Source: Selaginella moellendorffii
Taxonomy: Eukaryota > Plantae > Lycopodiophyta
Direction: 5' to 3'
Assembly (NCBI RefSeq): GCF_000143415.4
Contig: NW_003314330.1
Coordinates: forward strand, 1 to 64,000
DNA length: 64,000 bases
Positions 48,685 to 60,290 of this stretch are shown here, one piece after another (within the stretch, counting starts at the first letter, position 1; each line of letters begins with the position of its first letter). The notes below the pieces were generated by a model. It saw nothing but the letters and a program-made list of their open reading frames with translations. It made no database searches and was not told where the DNA came from. The position numbers were made by a program, and so were the translations under genes.

Positions 48685-49517
48685 TGAGTGAGGAGCGAAA
48701 TCATTTGGGGGAAACAGATTCTTGTATGTGTCATTCTCATTCTTAAGTTTGTTCTAATGATCGTTTCAGATTGTTGCGGAGTCTGGACTCTCCACACCAG
48801 ATGACATAGCGCTTGTTCAAAATGCTGGAGTTAGTGCTGCTGGTCTTTTCGTGAAGTTTTATGCAATGTAAACGAATCTATAGGTACTCGTCGGGAGAGT
48901 TGCTAGTGAAGCAAGACGATCTGGAAGCTGATATTGTTTGGAGTAAAGCAGCTCAGAAGAAAGAATTCCGAGGAAGCGCTTTCATGGCGATTCCGATGAA
49001 GCCCAAGAGGAACCCATGCCAGTCGCAAAGTCCAAACAGCAAACCAAAGAGGTTGCCTCTTCGAGTTCCTGGAATGAAGCCTGGGGAAGGACGTAGGGAA
49101 AGGACCACATTAAGCATTACCCGGCTGGGGATGTCAAGGACAAGGCAGCTAAGTTTGCTATAACTGTGGTGAAACAGGACACAAATTAGCTCATTGTTTG
49201 CAACTCTCAAGGAAGGTAAATAACTCCTATCTAGTTTTGAAAGAAAAATGATACAAATGTATTTTCTTTATGTTTCCCAGGGGGCACTTAGTCCGCAGAT
49301 TGTTTCCTCTGCAAGAAGAAAGGCCACATAAGCAAGAATTGTCCAAGAAACACTCGTGGAATCTTCTGGCCAAAGATTGCCCAACGAAAACCAAGACACA
49401 CAAGCCTAGATTAAAAATAAGTGAATTCAATCAATTTCATCTCTTACGACTTCGCAGTGGCCCAAAGCGGCGAGAAACGTAATGTTTTTAAAAGCGGCGA
49501 TGAATTTAAGAAGCATA
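48685..49517 (+). pseudogene. IGPS 3' fragment and deletion-riddled ZCCHC9-like pseudogene within the duplicate
   Basis: [11 protein letters not shown] and VLVGELLVKQDD exons; LRVPGMKPGEG and CYNCGETGH retained, but many internal deletions and frameshifts. Confidence 0.9.
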
Positions 49518-49547
49518 GTGTAAGCGCTCGTTCTTAAATATCTAGCA

Positions 49548-50000
49548 TTATCGATTGCTCACACATGTGAAATTGAAAAGGCAGCACCCTCGAGAAGTGA
49601 ATTTCGGATCACCCAGAGGGTTCTCCTGTTCCATGAAGCGAGAAGCGTGTCCCTTCTTCATGCCGTAACGTGTGCTCAAGACGGACGAGCTGCCCCTGCG
49701 GAGATCGGCCAAAGTCTTTCCAGTTGCCTCTAAGGCGTCTGCGTACTCGAAGAGCCCGTGATCATCTAAGAAAGCTCTCAGCTCCAAGGCATTCTGCAAC
49801 GACATCACGAATTCGGTAGGCCAAGTAAAGCTTGTTGATGCTTGTGTACTTACTTGCTGCTGTTTAGTGAGGCCGAGAGATTTCATATCATTCTTGGTCA
49901 TGGACTTGAGCGAGTGGACGTCGTCGTAGCCATTTGTGGTGAAGATCTTACTGCTTCCCGCGAGAACACCGTTGCCAAGGTACTCCTCGAGAGTCTGCAT
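49548..50000 (-). CDS. Small tandem-SAM-like protein (copy 2)
   Basis: Intact near-identical paralog of 45055-45491; in-frame 60-bp intron at 49794-49853; ends GCCLFNFTCVSNR. Confidence 0.8.
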   Translation of the reverse strand: MQTLEEYLGNGVLAGSSKIFTTNGYDDVHSLKSMTKNDMKSLGLTKQQQVSTQASTSFTWPTEFVMSLQNALELRAFLDDHGLFEYADALEATGKTLADLRRGSSSVLSTRYGMKKGHASRFMEQENPLGDPKFTSRGCCLFNFTCVSNR

Positions 50001-50659
50001 TTTGTGCCTTTCCTAGGTAGGATCAACTCGTTTTTAAACTAAATCTGACGCCTTGCAATAGTGTTTCATACTATTCAAAGTCGCCATTTTTACTTGTTCC
50101 ACCAGATGAATTGTCCGCTCTTGTGGAGCCCCAAAATTGTCCGACTCGAAAACTTTAAGGAGAGTGAGTGCTTAACTCACCTTGAGAATTCTTAAAGGTA
50201 TTTGCCAGAACAATTGTAAGCAGCTGTATTGGGATCACAACTTTGGAGATCTCAGCTGCAAACAGCTAACGTTAATATTTTTATCAACCTTGGACTTACT
50301 CACTCGTATCCTCTCGATCCTTGACTTGAGAGATTGAATGTCTTTGTAGCCTTCTCAAAAACCACTTTGGAGTGGAAGTAACCCGAATATGAAAGCAGAG
50401 AGACACCCACACATGAGGTATATATAAATGGACATACTGTAGGGACATAGTTTTTTGAATGTTACATACATAGGTTATGTAAATTTAACTAAATCCCTAT
50501 TGGCAGATTACAATTTATTATTCAATATAAATCTAATATTTTACATAACATAAATTGTGTTCTATAAAAGTGCAATCTATCTTTAAATAGTAAAGAAATT
50601 ACAGTAATAATCAAATGGGGATTTGGTTAAAGTTATAAAAGTCAAACATGCTTCGAAGA

Positions 50660-51530
50660 CATTCGCGTCAAAGTTTTGGGCTTCAAAAACCTGGAGCCTT
50701 GATTACGCAGGACCTTTCCCATTAGCTTCGAATCGTCATGCGTACATCATTGCGGCTACTGACGGTGTTACCAAATGGGTTGAGGCAATCTCATGTGCGA
50801 CGGCGGATCAAGTTACCACAGCAAACTTTATATATACTCATATCTGCTGTCATTTTGGAGTACCTTGTATCCTCCTCTCTGATCGTGGATCACATTTTCT
50901 TGGCTCAGTTGTGGCTGATTTGGTTCAGAAGTTGGGAGTTTCACACTTGAAGTCAAGTTCGTACTGGCCTCAAGGAAATAGGCAAGCAGAGATCACAAAT
51001 AAATCACTGAAGCAAATCCTTCAGATGCTGGTCCAATATAATCCAATATCCTGGCCATCATCTTGCCTCATGCCCTCTGGTCATATCTTACAACAGAGAA
51101 GCTGCCAACAGGTTTTACACTGTTTCGTTTGGTATATGGCCTTGAGGCAGTGTTGCCGATCCAGCTGTGCTTGCCAACATATAGAGTCTCTATAGAGGAA
51201 GCTGATCCATCTACGTCAACCTCAGTTACTTCCACTACACAGCCAGCGGAACAGTTGGTGCTGTTGGATGAGGATCGAGAGCTTGCAATGTTGTGTATTC
51301 AGATCGGGCTGCTTTGGATCATTCTCGCCAGTGAGGGGAGACGTTTCTGCCTGGAGATTTGGTCTGGTGGTTTGACGCAGCAACTACACACCCCGCAAAG
51401 TTCCAATCTCCTTGGACTGGTCCCTATCAGGTACTTCGTACTGTAGGTACTAACTCTTACCTTCTCGCAGAGCTCGCAAGACCCGAATCCAATAAATGAT
51501 AGTCACTTAAAGAAGGACTTCTTGTGATTG
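50660..51530 (+). mobile_element. Ty3/gypsy integrase fragment (degenerate)
   Basis: WSLDYAGPFP..IIAATDGVTKWVEA..FGVPCILLSDRGSHF..SSYWPQGNRQAEITNK, frameshifted C-terminus with a WTGPY-like motif. Confidence 0.9.
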
Positions 51531-52439
51531 TGTCCAGGTCTACTTGGTATACTTAGTTGATATCTGGTTTTATTCCTATTCAGTTTTCTTTTTGCTACTA
51601 AACTCTACTAGTCTATGAGAGAACTCTTTTTGTTATCAACAGGCCAGTGCTGTGTTGGGGCTAGATCATGCTTCGTGTGTCCAACTGTTGGGATTGCTCA
51701 TCCCTTGGCCCCATTGGTATACCAATTGGTCATGGAGGCAGGAGACAATGAAAATAATCAGTTTTCTTCCATTTTTCATTTAGTCAGTTTTTAATGTTGA
51801 TGATTAAAGTTGATCTCTCATTGCTTTGGTTTGGCTTTGCTTTTCTTGAATGGTTTCCTTCATGTGTATTCTTGTTTCTATGTCTTTTTGCACTTCATTT
51901 CAACTAGGCTCACTGTAGTTACTCTTGGCATCACCTGCGTTGAAAGTAGGCCATCGGAGGGTGGTCCATTCAGTGTTTAGTTTGCTAACCAACACAGGAT
52001 CTTTGCTGACTGTTGGCTAAAAGTGCTCAGTTCTTTTGGTATTATGATCCTGTGCCCCTGGGGTGATAACTATGAGCACCAGCTTGGGATGGAGTGAGTT
52101 GCATCGTTTACTTTCAAACTTTTGTATCTGTATGCTTTTATGCCCTCATGCTGCTTTGGAGCTTTTTGAGAACCGTGAGCGACCATTGTGTATTGTCTCA
52201 TTCTGGAATTTCTAGAAAGACCACCTTGGCATTGATGGCCAGGGTAAGTGTTCCAGAAGATGAGATTGTACAGTGGCATCAAATTGAACCATCTGCACAA
52301 ACACATCCAGAATTGCATTGCAAAAAACAAAATTCTTCAGGCATCAAATCAAAGGGATTTTGAGCTTGCTCCAGATAGCCTGACGGGGCATATGTAGTAA
52401 ACATGAGTTCCAAGAGGTTATAGAGTCTACTGCAGCATC

Positions 52440-52700
52440 CTCTCAAAATCTTCTTAAACATTACCCAATTGCAACAGGATGATCTACCACGCCACCAGAG
52501 TTTTGTGAGGCATTTTCCAAATATTTCGGTGGTGGCATGGAACTGAGCAAGAGTAAGCTGCAAGCATGATCTCCCAAGAAAACAAGTCCCTGTTGCTCAT
52601 CCCATCAAAAGCCTCTGCAGCACCACCACACTTGCCATATATCTTGATTGAGCTTGTTCGCAAGAAAAATATCAAGCTTCGGCTCCTTCCCAAAGAGATG
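52440..52700 (-). pseudogene. PLS-class PPR fragment
   Basis: IYGKCG.AAEAFDGMSNRDLFSWEIMLAAY and KMPHKTLVAW motifs, frameshifted. Confidence 0.7.
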
Positions 52701-52839
52701 GATCACAGTGACATGGATTTAAAATCAAGGCACTCCAAACATTGGGATAGAAAATGAGAGGATCGTTGTTGCCGTGGGTCATCTACATGACAGGTGGAAA
52801 TACTCACCACTATACTATGACATTACATTACTCATTCAT

Positions 52840-55490
52840 CTTTTTTAATTTTTCTTTTTGCTTCTAATAGAATACAGTGCATGATGACAGCAGGATCCAC
52901 TCCTTTCAAGTCCTTATGACTCCATGCAAACACATCCAAAAACTCCTTGAATAAAGCTTCTACAGATTCGTGCTCCTTCGAAGACAAATGTGATCCAATA
53001 AACAGAGGCTTCGACTGTGTGGTGTCATCGGATAAATCGAGCTGGATCAAGTCTGGGTGAACAGCAACTGCATCAGCCCAGACGTGCAATATATCCACCA
53101 AAGAAGTACTGTCAGAAGCAGATAAAGATGCCTCCTCTAGGGCATTGTCAGCAACCAGCATCCATAAACCTTGCTTGGCCAAAGAGTCTGCAATTGCATT
53201 GGATTCACGAGGGATTGCAATAATGTCCCATTGATCTAACTGCTGTAGTAGGGAGAACAGGGTCGCATCGAAAGTTCTCAGCCGAGAGCTAAGAACTTTA
53301 TATTCCCCAGTAACCTGTTGTACAAGAAGCTGAGAGTCTGGTCGCAGACTCAACTGGCGTATAAGCCTTCTGGACTGCTCAAATCGTAGCATGATATTCA
53401 ACTTCATTTGAGGATGATGCCTTAACAAAAGTTGAAAACGAAAATAATAAGTCCCCTGCAGATGAGACCAACACCGCTCCAATACCTCAATACTTTTGAA
53501 TATGCTCCATCACAAAAAAGTAGCAAGACAAAGATGAGCCTTTCTCCAACAAATAATTAGTACTATGATCCAAAGTCATACCTTCTCAAGCTAGTAGTAG
53601 AAAGACAGAAAATATCCTCGCTGTGGAACTCTGACTGTGGGGAGATAACGAGTTAGTGACGTGCCTCTGACATCCATATCTGACTCTATCCCCCACCATC
53701 CAGCTCTACAGTGCTGCATCTTCACTCTCCCTTGTCTTGTCGACAAGGAGAATATGGACCAAATTTGTGTTAAACGTATACTCCTGCATTGTTGAAGTGT
53801 CTACCATCTTGGATTGACCTATTCTGTTATACAGCCCAGCAGAGATGTCCATTTGTCCATGGTCCCAACATGTGTGTGCTGAGACTCCATCCTGCCATTC
53901 ACGTCCCAACAGCAATGAATATGATTGTGCTGAATCTGCCCAAGCTCTATTGGGGAAGTCAACCACGAGGATGTCCAGGGGCATCCGAACTCCATTTACA
54001 TCAACAATGGCATCTTTGATGAGTCCTGCTGGCTTAACTTGTTGTTGAGCGAATGTCTTGAGAATGACAGTCAGCAGAATCCAACTTGAGCTGGCAACAG
54101 ATGTGTGTAGGCATGATGTTTGTCCTAGAGCCAGAATCTGTGATAGCACGAGGAAGGAGTTTGCCGTTTACCAACGGAGAACAAGAAAATGCACTTGGAT
54201 CAATCTATTGTGTGTGATTGACCACATGAACTTTCGCATGGCATAAGTTCTCTGTTAAAACCTATGCCTCATTCACTGTCCCTCCAGAAGACAAAAGTTC
54301 ATCTAACAACTTTGGAGTGATTTGAAGGAGTTGTGCCACAAAGATGGATGGGTGCAAACTTTTGAAATCTGCCACCAATGAATATGGTGGAACCTGCACT
54401 GGATCTCTGATGGCGACCTGTTGATGAGTGATAGTGGAGAGCCCCAGATCTGCACTAATTCAGGTTTTTGTTGGGCCAAGAATTTCAATTGCAACTTTCT
54501 TGGAATGTTGCAACTATTGAAAAGGTTCTTTGGCTTCAATGCATTTTGTCCTAGTTGTTGTAAGCACTTCAACCGTAGACAAGGAAGTAGGTTCGTCAAC
54601 AGCCTCTAATTCCCAAAACAATTCGATACATATGACCCTCAACAAACTTGACGAGTCTTGAAGATTGATCCCTATGTTTGGATCTAACGACTGGAGGTCC
54701 TCCCAAGCACAGTGACATTGATGCATCCAAGACATCTGGTTGATCCACCGGATCATGCTGTCCTTGTTGATGCTTTCCAAGGCCCATTCCTTCTAACCAG
54801 CCATTCTTCTTAAGCATTTGGTACCCCTTGGTTGTCACAATGAATGCCAGCTTTCCAATTAGGATCTGAATCAACTAGACAAATTAACTTCTCCACGTGA
54901 ACGTGATTCACAATTGAAGCAATAGATGATGAACTAGCACCTAAGGTCATTCCCCCTTTTTATAATGTGGTGGCATGATCTGGAATTGGTTGTGGAGCGT
55001 AGACCTGTGTAGTTGGTGCCAACTATGTTGCTGATGGAATCCTGTGCTATTGTTGAGCTTGGAGGGTACGTTGTTTCACAAAACAATGATCCTCTGTGTG
55101 TCCCAATTTCCCATAGTAGAAACAGAAAATTGGGACTGAGATGGTTGCCAAGCCTGCATACTTGATGACAATCTTGGAGCCGGTGGTGGTGGCCATTAAG
55201 GTGAATTGTGATAACCAGGAGGCATAGTAATCTGATACTCCCATGGGAAACCATGTCCTCAACCTCGTGGCCTATAGTAACTGTTCACTTGATAAGCTGG
55301 AAAAAATTCCGGAGGCAAGCCATCCACCATCTGCATGGACATTTTTGTGGTCGAGTCCGACACTGTTGAGGTAACCACCGAGTATACAGAAATGTGTTCC
55401 TGTCCAAATGATGGTGATGCCAATTGAGCTAGCAACTTCTCTTGACTTTCGTTGATAGTAGTGAGAACAGTAGCCATCATCCTCATGATG
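52840..55490 (-). mobile_element. Tat-like Ty3/gypsy fragment: gag/zinc knuckle - G-patch - protease - aRNaseH - RT start
   Basis: FCFYYGKLGHTEDHC; KGYQMLKKNGWLEGMGLGKHQQG; ITDSGSRTNIM protease site and VKPAGLIKD..LLLGREW; DSQLLVQQVTGEYKV..IPRESNAIADSLAK; LFKEFLDVFAWSHKDLKGVDP, then truncation. Confidence 0.88.
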
Positions 55491-55799
55491 TCTTACATGC
55501 AGGTTCCCAATAACGATGTTGATTTCTGCTGCACTGAGAATGCAGAGGTAGAGGAAGATAGGCCGGGCCGCTTCACGGCGCCATTGATGAGGGTGTACGA
55601 TGCAAAGGTGGCAATAAACTCTTCCTTTTGCCCTAAATCGGCCCTTACGTTTGGGGCCATGGCGCCAATTTATCACGCAAGCTGCGATTTTGAGGAAGCT
55701 CTAGCTGCGGCTGCCAGTCGCAGCAGCGAATCAGGTAAAGGAGAGAGATTGAGATCTCGAGATCTAGTCGTGTAGGCTCACAGTTCGTGCTGCTTTGCA

Positions 55800-57447
55800 G
55801 GCATGCATGTGACCCTTGTGGTCACGAGCGCGGCCAAAATCCCATTGTTGTTGCAACTCCTGCGCTCCCGAGCAATCTCTAATTGTTGGGGGCTGGTAGG
55901 GCGCATGAGCGAGAGCCTTGAGCTTTGTGGTGGCCACCCCGGAGGAAGTCTGTGGCACCGCTTTGTTCTCCTCCCGCCTTGAGGCGCTTGTGCTGGACAA
56001 AGCAGCTGTGGCGCAAAACCGTTTTCTCCACGAGGTTTGTCCTTGGCTTTTGTTCACTCACACTAAGTGTGTCACTCTTGCGCAGCTCTTGTATGAATCA
56101 CAACGTCGTAATCTTCCCGTTTTTCCTGCGCAACCACGAGTACCATGGTGTCTTTCGGAGGTTTGGAATTTTGTTTTCTTCTGCTCTCGCTCAGCTCTAC
56201 ACTGTCCATCAGGCCGTGGCAGCCCGGCGTGAGCGCAATGAAGGGCTGGGTGGATCCCAGGGACCGCTCCAGTGTCAAGGGGGAGCTGCGTTCCTCCTTG
56301 GAGGAAACTCTACCAGGTGATATATACGCTACCAGGATTGATTAGCCTTGCTCAAGTTAGTGTCCTTTGTATTTTGCCAGAAGTGCTGTCTTGCTCTGAC
56401 CTTGGAGACTCGTGGTTTGACTCAGCTGTGGAAAGCTTTGCCGGTGGTGACAGCATAGTGCAGCAGGACTGGTCCGCGATTCTGAGCTACATGCCTGGCG
56501 TTTTCCGTCGCCTTGCTCGCGGAGATGAATCGGTCACTCTTGTCCTGCCACCCGACTGCAGGGCTGCTCGCATGGCCCTGTTCATGCTCGTCACTTCGGA
56601 CTGCCGGAAGAGCTGGTTGGCCTCCAAGCGGCCAGCCGAGTTGCCGTTGGTTCCCCCGAGAGATTTCACGCAAGCAACAGGTTGAGCGACGTCAGCCAGC
56701 TCATACTGGTCGAGGCGGAAAAGCTCTTTGCGTCACACAGGCCCGAGGTGAGCTTGGTTCGCTCTCTCTCTCTCTCTCGTGGTCACTTACGTAGCTGTCT
56801 TGCCTTGTGTGTCACAGGTGGAGTGGATCGTGGAGCGGCTGGACGAGGATGTCCAGATCGGTTTGCACTCGGAGACGCTGTCTCCTGAGGTGGAAGACTT
56901 GACGTCGAGGTTTGCCGAGGGCCGTCGGTGGGAAAGGCTAGACAAGGCCGGCGCCAGCATAGATGGCGTCCGCCAGTTCTACGCTCGCGTGGACGATGAG
57001 AGCTGCAAACTAGACGAACTATGCCGGCTGTGCAAAGAGCTGAGGCGGCGCTTCAAAGTCCAGGTGGCGAACAGCAGTGCCAGGGTGATGGAGGTGGCGG
57101 AGGAGATGAGGGAGCGGGGCTTGTCCGCGTTTGGGATTCACAGCGGCATGGGCGAGAGGGAGGTGGAGCTTATCAAGCGGAGCGAGCAAAGGTCCGTGAT
57201 CGTCACAGATCATGGCTGCTCCAAGGGGGCTCGAGATGTGATCAACTTTGAGATGCCACTGTCTCCCGAGGACTACTTTGAGCGTGCTTCCAAGCTCCGG
57301 GACCAGGTGACCAAAGTGGTGATTAGTCTTGTTGTGGGGGGGCAAGAGTATGAGCTACTGGATCGCGTGACGAGTCTGTATGGGGTCGACATAGATTTGC
57401 TGCCTTCTCAGCCCAAGAGATACCTGTATTATGATGTAGTAATGTGA
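55800..57447 (+). pseudogene. Degenerate eIF4A-like DEAD-box helicase gene (catalytic motifs lost, at least one frameshift)
   Basis: VAVGSPER (Ib), ILVEAE (for DEAD), LHSET (for SAT), IDGVRQFYARVDDESCKLDEL, VINFEMP..PEDYFER (VI degenerate), C-terminal IDLLPS. Frameshift near 56546. 5' boundary uncertain. Confidence 0.7.
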
Positions 57448-58966
57448 CCATCTTCGTAATCTAGTTTTGAAGAAGGGTCCAGTGTTTTGTGTGCAATCTG
57501 AGGTTGGCACCGGCAAATCTTGCAACACTAGAACTCAGGAATTAATCCATGAATTTGCAAACCGGGTGGGATGTTAATGAAGAGCTTAAACTGGTCGATG
57601 TTGAAAGAATTGTCTACAGCTTGAGTATTTGAGTCTAGTTGCGGCTCAAGCCGGCATGAAAGACTGATTGTAGAACTGAACAGCTAATGAAGCCTTTTCG
57701 CAGTGACACTTACTCTTAAAATTAAAGGTGAAATTTAAGGAAATTTTGCTTCACACAAACCTTTAGGCTAAGTATCAATACTTAAAGGGCACTCACCATT
57801 AACTTAGAATTTTTATATTAGAAGATTTTAACTTAATTTTAAATTTTAATGTTATTCTTTTCACATCAATATTGCAGGATTTAGCCTTGACAGTGGTGGT
57901 GGTGGCTATTGGCACTACAAAAATAAAGATCTCTATGGAAGAAGAAGGATTCCATAAGCAATAAATCATGAAAATTTCCAAGAATTGAGAGTTTACCTTG
58001 TGTGAGAGGGGGAAGTCTCCATGGTTAGGCCACAATCCCTTGCGAACATAGCAATCTGCTAAGCAGATCTACCACATGGTTCCCATTGTGAGATCACCTA
58101 TTTTGTCTATGAGCACATAAGGTGTGTTGGTGATGGGAAAAATGCATAATACAACACCCCCTCTCTTATGTGGTTGCCCCTTTGCCATGCTCACTCCTCA
58201 CTTCCTCTCTAGCACACTTAGTCATGCCTTAAATGTTTAATGACTAACTCAAATTTAGTATCGTTAAACTTTAATTAGTAAATGGATATGTTAACGACTA
58301 TAATTTTATAACTTTGATGGCATAACTGCCACATAGGATACTAGTTAGCTTGTGATCAAGCAAGAGCATGCAATGCTTCTTCCTTTCGGAGCTTCTTCTT
58401 CTGAAGAACTAGGGCTAGCTAGGGGAGGTGGGAGCGGTTCATCAAGCACGGAAGACAGCCATGGCACTGCAAGCACCATACAGTGAGAGAGATCGGTGTG
58501 CGGACGATCTGCACGTGCAATGGCCGTCCGCCCTCCAGATCCCATGCATCGCCTCAGCGCGACGTAGCGATCGCTCATCCTCCTCGTCCCCGCGCTAATT
58601 TTGTTTTGATCTACGTCAGCCCTAATTCTGACGAAGAAATAAAAATACAAAATGAAAAAAATCGAGATTACTCGCGAGATCCACTTGTGTTCGGGAAGGC
58701 TTTTAGCAGTGGTCGCCTGAGGTCTGCTCAAGACCAAATCAATGAACTCCAAGAAGTCCTTGCTCTTTGGTTGAGTGAGTGTGGTAAGGATTAGTAGTAA
58801 TGCTAGTGCTTTTTAGGGGAGTATTGAGATTGCATGGGCTGGAATACCATCTTCTCATAATTTAAAGATTACCTCACAAATTGGGATTTTTATAAGATCC
58901 CACTTTGTGGGAGTAGTTTTCCCTGTGGAAGATGAACCAACAGCTTCTTTATAGTGCTATACTCGT

Positions 58967-59919
58967 TCAAACAAAGAGTGGTCTACTTTCAGCAGCCATC
59001 TCATTACCCCTGCCTTCTGGACCTTCTTGGGCCACCTTGGCTTCAACCATGTCCAAGAACATCCTCGCCAGCCGCACAGACTCTGTCCGGTCGGCCTCCC
59101 GCAGGTACCCGTCCTTGAACTCGTCCCAAAACTCCATGCCAGGCCGGGGATAGTAGGGATCATTGACAAAGAAGCTGTCGGCGAGTGCGTCCACATTGTT
59201 GTTGTGAGGCTTGCACTGGTTGAAATCGAAGCAGGCAAACCCAGGGTCGGAGAAGGTCCTCAGCTCGTCACCACCCACGACGAACTCGATGTCGCGACCA
59301 TCCAGCCCTGGATTAAAGAAGCGCAAAAGTAACGCATGAATGAAACAGTTACAAAGCTGAAAACACCTGCGAGGTGGTGGATCCTGGCAAGAAGTCTACC
59401 CATTTCTTGGGCCAGCGATTCGATTGGCAGCCCCAGCTCCTTGCAACGGTTGGCATCCAGCGGGAAGTTACTGGCATTGAAGAATCGAGACGCCAGGTGC
59501 TGGCGTTTCGCACCCAAGTAGATCCGTGCAACGAAGGGCTTGGAGTACCTAGAGTGGAGTGCAGGGAAGAACTTGGCCCTGATGGAATCCGCGAGAGCAG
59601 GGGGGACGGGCCAGACTCGCTGCATCGTGTACGCAGCGGGTATATTTGGCAGCAGTGACAAATCCATTCGCAGGCACTCCGCCAGTGATGCGAGAGAAGG
59701 GAAGAATTCAACGGGCTTGGGCACCAGAAAGAGGAGATTCTCTGCGCCCTGGCATGCCTTACTTATCTTTTGGTGATTCTCAAACTCATCGAGCAGCTCG
59801 GGAAAGCGGCTGGCATCTGCCAAGCACTTGATCGCCACGTTGTTCCGCGATTGCCATACGTAAACTGTGGCAAAGCTCCCCGCTCCCAAGCGCACAATCT
59901 CAGTAACTTCTTGTGTCAT
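58967..59919 (-). CDS. DUF3669-type protein-kinase-like protein (2 exons)
   Basis: LGAGSFATVY, VAIK, LLDEFENH, RIYLG, NFPLD, MGRLLARIHH.AGLDGRDIEFV, FDFNQC, NDPYYPRP..W..F..YL; intron 59308-59366 restores the frame. Confidence 0.85.
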
Positions 59920-60079
59920 TCTCTTCTAGTGTTTTAAGAGAATGAACCCTAGGCCAACCTCTTAAGGCGTTAAAATCCCATACGCAATGGAATATTCTCA
60001 GATTATTCTCATGGTTCGTGTCGCTTACTATGTCTGGTTTCTATGTAACTTATATTGATTGCTCTGGGAATGCAGCACA

Positions 60080-60290
60080 TGACAGAGCTTGTTGAGGAGG
60101 GAAAGCTGAAGGACCTGTAAGCATCAGCCGCTGATATTCATCAAGCACATTCGATTCATCCTACCATCGTTCAAATTGAGTGGTCTCGGAGATCATTGCA
60201 GCTTGCAGGTACAAAGCATCGTTATCATTCATGATAGGAAAGTTTTTCTTGCAGGGAGCCCGGGACTGGCAGTGCTATGGTTTTTTTACT
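60080..60290 (+). pseudogene. Aldo-keto reductase fragment
   Basis: ELVEEGKLK..*ASAADIHQAHSIHP..VQIEWS..EIIAAC plus the next exon; stops and deletions. Confidence 0.7.

Larger units (their letters stand above)
48685..50389 (+). repeat. Direct segmental duplicate of ~43697-45797 (IGPS 3' end, ZCCHC9-like, SAM gene and its upstream region)
   Basis: Colinear high-identity matches from GTGAGGAGCG(G/A)AATCATT to CACTTTGGA..AAGTAA.CCGAATA. Confidence 0.95.

Noticed and set aside
55655-55667. TGGCGCC PBS-like motif for the Tat-like element
   Set aside because: No clear LTR end, and it falls in what looks like an exon upstream of the eIF4A-like gene.
58345-58794. Overlapping 135/103-aa ORFs
   Set aside because: No recognisable domain or splice-supported model.
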